Of a stretch of 22,191 nt of DNA, positions 9,907 through 19,510 are shown piece by piece (within the stretch, counting starts at the first letter, position 1; each line of letters starts with the position of its first letter). The position numbers and the translations under genes are program-made. The notes under the pieces were generated by a model. That model made no database searches. It was not told the DNA's origin and saw only the letters and a list, made by a program, of their open reading frames with translations. This DNA is from Zygophlyctis sp. KS116 (taxonomy: Eukaryota > Fungi > Chytridiomycota). The DNA lies in NCBI GenBank assembly GCA_054661495.1, contig BAAFSQ010000166.1:1-22191 (forward strand), given 5' to 3'.

Positions 9907-11586
9907 ATGAGCGAGAAAGCACCTACAAAAGAAATCAATGAGAAAGCACCTACAAAAGAAATCAATGAGAAAGCACCTATAATAGAAGGAACTGATAACT
10001 GGTCTATTCCACCAAGAGTCAAGGAGAATAATCTATTTGTTGAAGTAGATTCTGGAACAATGCTAGATGCAATTTACAAGATGGATAAACTCTTAAAGGA
10101 AAGAAAGATAGGGCATCTTATCAGTAGGAAACCTGTTCGGCCATTATGGGGTATCAATGTCAATTCAGGTAATTTTGGTATATGGGATCGCAATGGATGT
10201 CCTGTTCTTAGTGTTATACCTGGGTCGTATTGGAATTTTTCATGGATGCATAAATATGTCGGCGAATTTGATTTAACTTCAAATGTAGAAACTTTGGGAT
10301 TAACTATGGGACAAGTTGGACAATCAGAAGCCATGGTCGTTCTTGATCCTCAAAATAGAGTTTTTATTGTTCGAAATGGTGGATTTATTGCTTATGGTCT
10401 AGGCGGAAAATTTAGGATTGCAGCAATTGTTGATACTTTAGATCTGGGAGATTCAAATGCTGTTTATGATAAATCTATGAATACAGTGGTTGGATATAAA
10501 AGAGAAATTACAGTTCCAGTGACTGCAGGTAATACGAAAACCAGGGTTACTTTGGCTACATTTTTTAACGTTCCTGCGAATAATGTGGTTTTGGTACAAA
10601 AGAAGAATGATCTTTTTTCATTGGGTGCAGGACAACATGTTATTACAGATCCACACACTACATTTCGTGGATTTTTTTCTCTTTCTGAGCGACAGGTACA
10701 TTTAATTAATTTAAATATTTAGCATACTTTTTCTACAAAGCCTGCTTATACAGTCGAGGGAGTTCCGGTTATTTTAAGACTGAATTTGAGATATAAAGTA
10801 ACTGATCCAATAGCTTTGGCTCGTAATTATGATGATCCTCTAATGGCTCTTTTAAATCCATGTCAGACAGTGATAAATTCTGTGGTGTCAAGAATGTCTT
10901 ACCAGCAATTTATGCGAGCCCGTAAAGTTGAAGGAGATATTCCTGATATTCAGGATGGAGGTCATTGGGTTATTGAATTCAGACAAGAATGTTTGAAAGA
11001 ATTACGTGGTCAAGCGGTTGATTATGGGATTGTTGTAGAATCTTTTGATGTAATGGATCGAGAGCTAGATGGATCATTGGGAAAAGATTTAGAAAAACAA
11101 GCTGAAAAAGTTTTACAAAATCAAATAGAGGCCAGTCAGGTTAAATTAAAGAATCAAATTAAAGCTGAAGAAGAAAGGGGTCTTTTGGCAGTTGAACAAG
11201 TTAAAGCCCAAACTGCCAAAACTAAAGCTGATACAGAGTTTTATGCTTCGACTAAAACTGCTGATTCAAAATACTACCAAACAATGAAGGAAGCGAGTGC
11301 GCAAGTCGAGTCATCAGCTTTACTTTCCGAACAAGAAGCGAAAAATATTATCATGTTGGCCGAAGCAAAAATGGCAGAGATTAAACTTCAAGGAGAAACG
11401 TATTCAAATATACAATCTACTCATGCACAAAACGTACAATTGAGCTTGATTGAAGTTGAAAAACGAAAAGCGCTTCCTACCCGTACTGTTTGGTTCCAAG
11501 GCGGGTCAAATTCGGAAGTTGCTGCCGGGTTTCAAGCAGCAAAAGGTGTCGCTCTAGCTCAAGAATATTTACAAAAAAAAGATTAA
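9907..11586 (+). CDS. SPFH / band-7 domain protein with long beta-rich N-terminus and C-terminal coiled coil, ~550 aa, 2 exons
   Basis: L.AGQHVI, AYTVEGVPVILRLNLRYKVTDP, LRGQAVDYGIVVESFDVMD and an Ala/Glu/Lys-rich coiled coil; intron 10696-10722. Confidence 0.8.
9913..9979 (+). repeat. Coding tandem repeat, 27 nt x ~2.5 (EKAPTKEIN)
   Basis: GAGAAAGCACCTACAAAAGAAATCAAT occurs twice perfectly, followed by a partial third copy. Confidence 0.95.
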
Positions 11587-11614
11587 AATTGGATAAACAT
11601 CAATCGTCACAATT

Positions 11615-11827
11615 ACGCTATTTACAATGCTGAGAGTCCTGGTTTTAAAGCTTTTTTAAAAGCTTTCCAAGAACCGCAACAGCTTTAACAATCTCTTGAA
11701 GAATGCCGGCAAGGAATTCTTATTTAATCTGGAATCCATCCACCAGCAATTGACTGATCAGAAGGAAAACTCCAAGAATCGGACGAGGTAGAATCGCTGG
11801 AAATAGAGTCAACGATAGTAGCCAAGT
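11615..11827 (-). pseudogene. Decayed duplicate of 9382-9608 (part of the secreted-protein gene)
   Basis: Direct copy in the same orientation; 11727-11827 matches 9508-9608 with one mismatch, while the left part carries indels and substitutions. Confidence 0.92.
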
Positions 11828-11874
11828 AGGGATGGATCCCCGTATAATCATGGCACTTTTCAAATTTTCCAAAA

Positions 11875-12449
11875 ATGAAAGTTGAATTGTTCACAACTCA
11901 TGCCCAAGATTGCAAACTTGCAACAAGCAATATTCAAAGAGCCACCGAACTGTTTACTCATGATTCTGGTCTCTCCACGAATCAACCTAGCAAATTACTA
12001 CTCTATTTATATGCAAAAGGAATATTGGAAGCAAAGAGCTGCATTTTCAGACAAGCTGAACTGAATGCTAAGTAATATTGGCAGCGGAAACCATTAAATC
12101 AAAGAAAGCGCTTGAACGGCTCACAGCTATAGTTGAAAGCCGAGAAACTTTTCCTACAAGAATTCACTTGGAATCTGACTCAATGTAAAAGTTTGAAGGC
12201 CATCACGCAATGGTACTTGTGGGATACAGATATGTTGAAGGAAAAAAGCATCACTTGCCTTAAAATTGGTGGAAGACTAAGCCGTATGTTGAGGTGTATA
12301 TTGATTATTTGCTCAGTTCAGAAGCCTCAATTCATTTTATCAAGGAGAAGCAGTTGGAAATAGGTGATTATCCGGAAAACTTTGAATCTTTGGTTGAATG
12401 TGAATCTGGTATTGATGCATCTGAAAACTTTATTCCCGAAGGCTTTTAA
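11875..12449 (+). pseudogene. Papain-like (C1 / clan CA) cysteine peptidase pseudogene
   Basis: The frame from 12189 reads KFEGHHAMVLVGYRYVEGKKHHLP*NWWKTKPYVEV. This is the H-A-x-x-L-V-G-Y catalytic His strand and the Q-N-x-W motif with TAA at 12261 in place of Gln. The upstream part has stops and frameshifts, and no catalytic-Cys segment is visible. Confidence 0.75.
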
Positions 12450-12599
12450 TATATGTTGGAAATGGTGAATCCCACCTCTCCGTGCTGATCAGGTTTTGTG
12501 GCTTACATGGTTTGGATTCTGTCAATATACCTGTCATTCATTTACTTAATACCTTTATTGCAACTTTATTGTATTATTCGGTGCTCAGTATATACTACT

Positions 12600-12778
12600 A
12601 GCTGTTGATTGTTGGATTGTTGTAGAATCTTTTGATGCAATGGATGGGGAGCTATATGGATCCGTGGGAAAAGATTAACACTGAAGAAGAAAATGGTCTT
12701 TTGGAAGTTGGACAAGTTCACCAGGAATCGAGTGCGCAAGTCGAGTCATCAGCAAAAGGTGTCGCTTTAGTTTAGAAT
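12600..12778 (+). pseudogene. Four fused fragments of the SPFH gene 3' half
   Basis: 12600-12676 matches 11013-11089; 12677-12720 matches 11161-11204; 12723-12753 matches 11288-11318; 12754-12778 matches ~11541-11566. Confidence 0.9.
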
Positions 12779-12893
12779 CAATACAAATATATATAGCTTA
12801 TTATTGGCGGTCTTTTAAATTAAAGTATCTATTTATCGGTCATACATTATTTCTTTCATTGAAATACTTAATAATTAACTACTATCAGTTGCA

Positions 12894-13247
12894 TTAGATA
12901 TTAGCAGCTTTCGCTGAATGAGATCTTGATCTTCTCATTGATAGCTTCTTTAATTCTTGAGGCATGAGAGGATCTAATGAGGTTTTTATCCCAGTTTTAG
13001 CTGCGGAAGATGAGCGACTTCTTGTCTTTGATTTCACACTTGATATATTCTGTAGATGTATATTTGCTGGTAATGATGCTGCATCAGATCTTAAAATATT
13101 TCTAATCGCCAGCTTTATATCAAGAAAGTGACTTCTTTGGATTTCAACTTGTCCGCAAAGTCTAATATATTCGGACAAGAGCTTACGGAGTCCCGTTGGA
13201 GAGTCTAGTTTTATTACTTTGTTTAATCTTTCAATCGATAAGCTCAT
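12894..13247 (-). CDS. Hypothetical basic protein, 117 aa
   Basis: ATG-initiated ORF filling the gap in a gene-dense region; no recognisable motif. Confidence 0.45.
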   Translation of the reverse strand: MSLSIERLNKVIKLDSPTGLRKLLSEYIRLCGQVEIQRSHFLDIKLAIRNILRSDAASLPANIHLQNISSVKSKTRSRSSSAAKTGIKTSLDPLMPQELKKLSMRRSRSHSAKAANI

Positions 13248-13305
13248 AATGGATTTTACAGGGCTGATAGATTATCTCTTTGTATATTTCCTTGGATGAC
13301 GTTAA

Positions 13306-14394
13306 TCATATACTGGGAAGAGCAATACGCTCTTCAATCAACTTTGCAACCATAAAATGACCGTTAGACTCTGCAAATTGTGATGCTGTGAAGCCCCTAA
13401 AGTTCTTCATCTTTGGATCAACTGAATATTTCTCTATTAGTTCTCGGCATAATTCTTTATGACCATTGATTGCACACAACATTAGATGACTCAGATGGTC
13501 TCTGGTGGCAACGTTTCTTACAATTGCACCAGCTTTTAAAAGTAGTTGTGCAGCTCTAAGATTGCCACTTGACATGCATAGACGATCAAATGCTGTTCTA
13601 TTAAAAATATCAACATCATGAACTATTTCAGGCCCTCCATATCTGATCAATAATTCCACCATTGACGGACCATTTTTATTTGTACTAGAATTCTCACAGG
13701 CCCACATAATGGGAGTTGATCCTCCTAAATCCTTCTGCCGGATTAGACGAGGCTCATGGCGAATCAAGACTTCTGCGACACGAAGACATCCATCACTCAC
13801 AGCCTTATTCAATGCAGTCTTCCCACTTTTAGTAGTAGCCATGGTATTAGCTCCATTTTGAAGAAGAATCATCCCAATGTCTACCATATTATTAGCTGCG
13901 CAAATCTTGAACTCAGCTGTTTATACTTACCATGAGCAGTGTCCGACCGATTTTATCCCTTGTTTCTAAACTTATTTGATTTTTATATTCAGAAATAATA
14001 CTAGATACAGCATCTAAATTTCCATCATTTACTGCTTTCAGCAGCTTTGTCGTTGCTTTTTCTATTAAGGAGTCGTCTAGTATTAATCACGTCTACACGC
14101 ACCGGCAGTAACAAACTCCAATTCAGACACTATATTATCGGACCAAATTATAACATCTTCATCATTAAGTAGTCCTACTCTTAAATTAACTTCATACTTT
14201 GTCGCTGGCTTTAAATCTGTAATGATGCAAAAGCAATCTTTCCCTTCATAGCAAATTTCAAATTTCAATGATGCGATCTCTCCTCTGCTCACTTGATAAT
14301 AATCAGCTACATGATCTTTTTTTGTTTTTAACACATGTTTCCAGCTCAAATCTGCTGTCCTGGACGTGATATTAGTTGCGACAAGAGTAATCAT
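13306..14394 (-). CDS. FANK1: Fibronectin type III and ankyrin repeat protein (FANK1-like), ~345 aa, 3 exons
   Basis: N-terminal Fn3 domain (TSRTADLSW..YEGKD..ITDLKPATKYEVNLRV), then ankyrin repeats (GRTLLM, GKTALNKA, GSTPIMWA); introns 14077-14102 and 13906-13930. A further 23-nt intron (13291-13313) could move the stop to 13256. Confidence 0.78.
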
Positions 14395-14441
14395 TTGTCC
14401 GATCTAATACAAAAATCGCCTACTTAATCATGCATTAAAAA

Positions 14442-15611
14442 CTAATCATAATCTATTTCAAATTCAACTTCTCGATAGTCATTATCAATGTTTTGTAGAG
14501 GAATATCAGTCTCTCCCCTTGAGGAATTGCTAAATATCTTGAAATAATTGTAGAATGAAATCCCAATAATACTAATGATTAATCCCAAAATTTCCAATGG
14601 AGAGATACTGTCTTTATAAATCCATTGAGCAAGAACAATTGTAATAATCTCTTTTACTATTCCTGCAACTGTAAAAGTAACAACAGAAGTTATTGATATT
14701 AATTGAAATTCAACCAGTGATAAAAAATACGCCAAAACTCCACCAATTCCAAGTACACCCAAAATATTTAAAAATAAATCAAAAGATTGAAAATATCTAG
14801 AATTAAGTAAATTAAAAGGTCCTTCCACTATCAAAAATCCAATAAATATCACAGAAGCCACCATTGGAGCTAAATAAAACATTGTCACTATTGGATGAGA
14901 AATCCCCATTGATTTTCTCAAAAGTAAAATATTAGTTAATGTCCATCTAAGACCTGAAAATATTGCAGCAGATTGAACTTGTACATATCCAAAAAAATCA
15001 AAATGAAGTTCTTGTGATTCTGCACTTACCATGAGTAAAACTCCCACACATATAATACCGACAGTAACAAACATCCGATAAGACGGCTCTTCTAGCCTAA
15101 AGAGAAATGCAAACAAAACTACAAAAACTGGTGCGCTACTTTTGATCATTGTATAGAATGATAATGATACAGCCTAAATTATTACTTATTTGTAAAGAAT
15201 TACTTTTAACGATGAATTTGACAATCCAATATCTAGTCCAGTTGTTAATGCACAAGGTAATATTCTTTTCCAAAAGTCTGATTTCATTGGCCGTGCACTT
15301 GGAGTGATTGATGGTATAAAATACACCAAAAGTATGGATGAAATTGAAAAATGCATTAGAACCTGAAATGCAGTTGAAAAGAGAGGAAAGGGAAAATTAT
15401 AATAATCCTTTGAGTATAACCATTTGTTGTACAAGTGTAAACTAATCGAACTAGAAAACCATAAGCAAATGTACATGAAGACCCTATAATTGTGATTTTT
15501 ATCGTTTTTAGGACTTGCTTCAGAGTATGCGTTTTCATGAAACATATCTGTTGAAGGCGATTCTTTAAATTTACTGAATGCCTTTTGGCTGGTTAGTTTT
15601 GGAAGAGACAT
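14442..15611 (-). CDS. Triose-phosphate / nucleotide-sugar transporter family (SLC35C2 / YMD8-like), ~379 aa, 2 exons
   Basis: YNKWLY..FPFPLF, TGLDIGLSNSSL|AVSLSFYTMIKSSAPVFV, SGLRWTLT and TFTVAGIVKE; intron 15174-15203. Confidence 0.9.
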
Positions 15612-15661
15612 AAGACTGGACTTTTGACACGGAAAACAGAAAATTTTGCTTTGATTTCGAC

Positions 15662-15707
15662 GGTGACTGACCGTAACGGTGATTTACTGACTGTAACAGG
15701 TGATTTA
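15662..15707. repeat. Imperfect ~20-nt tandem repeat in a divergent promoter
   Basis: ACTGACCGTAAC-GGTGATTT followed by ACTGACTGTAACAGGTGATTT. Confidence 0.7.
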
Positions 15708-15763
15708 GTCATACAACAAACTTTAAATCGTAAAATTGGATTCTATTACATGCAAAATTCTGG

Positions 15764-16759
15764 ATGGAACCCATGATGCAATTGGACATGCCAATGTTTG
15801 TTTACACTTGTAAAATGCCAACCATACAATCAGTACTAAATGTAACAATCGCTAGACATGCTGAAACTGATATAGATCTAATCAGGCCTAGAATACTCTC
15901 TGGTCAAATGAATCGGCCTCTAAACTCTGTTGGGAAAATTCAGGCAAATGAATTAGCTAAAAGATTAGCAAGGATAGAATATTCACAAATTTATGTTTCA
16001 GACTCACAGCAAGTCATGGAAACGTCAAATGAAATTATAGTATTACAAAACAAGTCAGAAATTATTGTAGATCAAAGACTCAGAGAATGTAATTTAGGAG
16101 ATATCACAGGCATGTCTTACTCTGATATTTGCACTTTTTTAAATCGGTTTTCTATACCATTAGATGATTATATTGATCAGTATGCTGAAACTAGAAAAGA
16201 TTTTCAAGATAGAATACAGGATTTTTATACTGAAGTTATTCTAGATTCTCTACTGCATCAAACAAATTCTGATAGTACTAAACCAAAAAATCTATTAATT
16301 ATAAGTCATGGGGGATGGATTGATTGTTTAATGCGCTTTTTAGTAGATGATTTAAATTTTAAATTGGATACTGAAGAAAACAGTAGATTTCCCTACAGAT
16401 CAAGTATTTATCAATTCAAGATTCAAAAAATAATTTCTGATGATCAAAATGATTATGAATGGCAAGGAGTTATAGATATTATGAATGATGCGAGTCATTT
16501 AGCAGGCATATCAAGAGACGGAAGGGGATCAGTATTTAAATCTGGAGGGAAATTAACTCTAGACTCTCCGATTTCGAGACCATTTACGAGTAGAAAAGAA
16601 ATAATGGGAATGTTGGGGGTACATTCATTTTTTGAACCAAGATTTGGGGAAAAATCATCTCCGTTTAAAACTTCACCGACTCTTCATAAACCTATGATTA
16701 TTGATGATGACGATAGTATTACTATTACTACTCATCGCATTAAAAGTCTTGGTTGGTAA
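15764..16759 (+). CDS. Histidine phosphatase / phosphoglycerate mutase family (TIGAR-like)
   Basis: RHAET, PLNSVGKIQA, DQRLRECNLG, LLIISHGG and NDASHL motifs; the true start may be one of several downstream ATGs. Confidence 0.85.
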   Translation: MEPMMQLDMPMFVYTCKMPTIQSVLNVTIARHAETDIDLIRPRILSGQMNRPLNSVGKIQANELAKRLARIEYSQIYVSDSQQVMETSNEIIVLQNKSEIIVDQRLRECNLGDITGMSYSDICTFLNRFSIPLDDYIDQYAETRKDFQDRIQDFYTEVILDSLLHQTNSDSTKPKNLLIISHGGWIDCLMRFLVDDLNFKLDTEENSRFPYRSSIYQFKIQKIISDDQNDYEWQGVIDIMNDASHLAGISRDGRGSVFKSGGKLTLDSPISRPFTSRKEIMGMLGVHSFFEPRFGEKSSPFKTSPTLHKPMIIDDDDSITITTHRIKSLGW

Positions 16760-16779
16760 ATTATCACTTTGAAAAAATT

Positions 16780-18357
16780 ATGAAATCTAATCAATCAAGA
16801 ATTGCCGATTTCGTCTATCTACTTTTAAGATTCTATTTTCCTTTGCAAAGAGGTCCATCGGGAAAAGTACTCCATGATGCTGTTTCAAAAGAGATCAAGG
16901 ATGCATTTGTTAAAACTGAGCCGAAATCGTTAAGATCTGCACCAATTCCCTCAACAAGGATATCTAGAGCATGGCATTATACAGGACTAGCAACATCGTT
17001 AGGCATTAGTGCAGCAAAGGAATCATTCAAAGTTTTGACTAGTAAAAAGCAGAAATCATCTTTGCTAAATGATCAAAGTACAGTAAAATTGGTTGATACT
17101 CTTACTAAAATGAGAGGAGCTGCCTTGAAATTAGGACAAATGCTGTCTATACAAGAAGAGAATCCTGCATTTCCCAAATCAGTTACTAATATAATGACTG
17201 CAGTGCAGAATTCTGCATACGCAATGCCTCAATATCAACTCTTTCAAGTTTTGGCAAGTGAATTTAAGAATGATAAATGGAAACAAGATTTATTTATGGA
17301 ATTTCAGGATGATCCGATCGCTGCTGCATCAATAGGACAAGTTCATAAGGCCCGATTAAAAGACTCAAAACTTGTGGCTGTTAAAGTTCAGGTAGTCTTT
17401 TTACTGATTTATAATAGTATCCAGGTGTGGCATCATCTATTAATTCAGACTTGTCATATTTAAAATCTTTACTAACGTTTTCAAAGGTCCTTCCAAAAGG
17501 CTTGTACCTAGATAACACGATTCGTAAAAATTACATTTACTAATAGCCAGGTGTAGCACAAAAAGAATTGTTATGGGAATGTGATTACATAAGGGAGGCG
17601 GAAGCTATGGAGAAATTCAGAGAACTGGTTGATGGTAGAATAGGGGTGTCTGTACCAAGAGTATTTAAGCAATTTTCTACAAGTAAGGTTTTAGTTTCAG
17701 AGTTTGTGGAGGGATCTCCATTAGGGAAAGCTACAATGCTGCCTCAATCTTATAGAGATAGTGTAAATTTATTTAATATTTAATCTAACCTTAGATTGCT
17801 TCAAGAATCCTTGAACTTTGTTTAGATGAATTATTTACTTTTCGTTTTATGCAAACAGATCCTAATTGGAGCAATTTTCTGTATAATTTAAAGAATGATA
17901 CGGTATATTCTTTGGTTGATAATGGTAGATATACTTAATAGATTTTGGAGCTTCTAGGGAATACTCAAAGACATTTACTGACAAATATATGCATCTTTTA
18001 CATTCAGCATCTTTACAAGATCGTGATGCTTGTTTGCATTGGTCAAGAGAGCTTGGGTTTTTAACAGGCTATGAAACAAATTCTATGAATGAAGCACATA
18101 TAAACTCTCTATTTTTGTTGGCGTATCCATTTTCTAATAAATCTGGATCATCTTTTGCTTTTGGGGATCAAAAAATCACTGAAAAAGTAAGATCTGCCAT
18201 CCCGATAATGCTACGTGAAAGACTTACACCGCCTCCAGATGAATCATACTCTTTACATCGAAAGCTTAGTGGGTGTTTTTTACTCTGTACCAAATTAGAC
18301 GCCAGGATAAATTCTTCTCAGATTTTTAAGGATTGCTATTCAAAATACAAGTTTTAG
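16780..18357 (+). CDS. COQ8: Atypical kinase COQ8 / ABC1 (ADCK3/4), ~488 aa, 5 exons
   Basis: [30 protein letters not shown]|[18 protein letters not shown] and [18 protein letters not shown]; introns 17392-17417, 17524-17550, 17763-17794 and 17903-17928. Confidence 0.95.
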
Positions 18358-18393
18358 GATTTATTTAATTTCCACTGTCTAACTTGGATAGAA

Positions 18394-19417
18394 TCAGAAC
18401 ATATTTTTATATCCAGTTCCCTTTGCTGCTGCAGTATTTTGATAGCATATTGGTCCTACTTGACCTACTGGTAAAAGTCCGAAACAACAATTCATTGCAG
18501 TACATTCATTTTCAGTGATTCCATCAAACCCACAATCAACTCTAACATTTGCAGCTACAACTTGAGTACAAACACCTCCTTGAACTCCTTGAACCTGAAC
18601 TTGTCCATTCCCAATCACAATACCCTGTTGTATTTGATTATTTACTACTTGAGGGGCAATAATAGCAGCATTTGAGACAGAAAGATGCGGAAAAGCACAT
18701 TTGATCAATGAATTTTCTGAATGACAACATCCTTTGTTCCTACACTGTAATTCTGTGAGGCCTTCACCGCATTGGACCCGAAATGAATCAGGAAAAGTAC
18801 ATACAGCATCCTTAATTGGATCATTCAGATTCAATTGTCCAATATTAGGTGAACCATCGCTATAAAAACAGTATGGGCCTGTAGCTTCTAATTCACTAAA
18901 ACAGCATCCTTGAATAGCGCATTGATCAGCAGTGATCCCTGGAAATCCACAGTCTTGACGATTAGCTCCTTTTGTTTATAATCTTTAGAATTTACCAATA
19001 GCTTTGCATTTATCAGCAGGAGGACCTTGAATGGTTCCTTTTGCAAGAGGATTCTGCACGATTTGAGGTCCTTGAGCCACTTGAGGTACTTGAACAACTT
19101 GAGGTGCTTGAACAACTTGAGGTGCTTGAGCCCCCTGAGGTACTTGAACAACTTGAGGTACTTGAGCTCCTTTGGGCAGCGCATCGTTTGCCTTTGGAGC
19201 TGGTAACAAAGCATCAATAACAGGTGCAGCTTCAACCACTTGAGGTACTTCAGCTCCTTTGGGCAGCGCATCGTTTGCCTTTGGAGCTGGTAACAAACCA
19301 TCAATAACAGGTGCAGCATTAGCTACTACAGATTAAAACTTATTTGTTACCGGCCGGTTCTTCGATCAACGGTGCAGCAGAAGCAAGTAGAAGAGAACTT
19401 AACAGTAAAAGAAGCAT
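18394..19417 (-). CDS. Secreted protein with Pro/Gln/Val/Ala repeats and three trefoil (P-type) domains, ~323 aa, 3 exons
   Basis: Signal peptide MLLLLLSSLLLASAA; introns 19326-19350 and 18969-18995; three six-Cys units C..R.DCG..GIT...C...GCC....C. Confidence 0.85.
19054..19317 (-). repeat. Nested coding repeats: 87 nt x2 plus 18 nt x6
   Basis: AAPVID(G/A)LLPAPKANDALPKGA(E/Q)VPQVV(E/Q) twice (19144-19317); xPQxxQ hexapeptides at 19054-19161. Confidence 0.92.
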
Positions 19418-19510
19418 TTGACATTTTAATCAATAATTGGCTGCTATTTATAGTTGAGATTTGTCTCACAATTGTCAAGTTTGACATTTGCAATCTGCCA
19501 AATTTACATC

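Noticed and set aside
12261-12263. TAA at a conserved Gln position suggesting stop-codon reassignment
   Set aside because: TAA and TAG terminate many intact genes here, other internal stops fall inside introns, and this locus has further lesions. It is a CAA-to-TAA pseudogene mutation.
11828-12599. Autonomous transposon
   Set aside because: No transposase or RT motif, terminal inverted repeat or target-site duplication is visible.
12585-12605. Faint resemblance to the U6 snRNA 5' region (GTGCTC..ATATACTA)
   Set aside because: No ACAGAGA box or downstream U6 sequence follows.
2386-18357. Fragmented ORFs read as frameshifted pseudogenes or programmed frameshifts
   Set aside because: Each break in the conserved genes is resolved by a 23-33 nt GT-AG intron that restores motifs and frame.
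19054-19317. Repeat array considered as CRISPR or satellite
   Set aside because: Unit lengths are multiples of 3, there are no unique spacers, and it encodes the low-complexity region of the trefoil protein.
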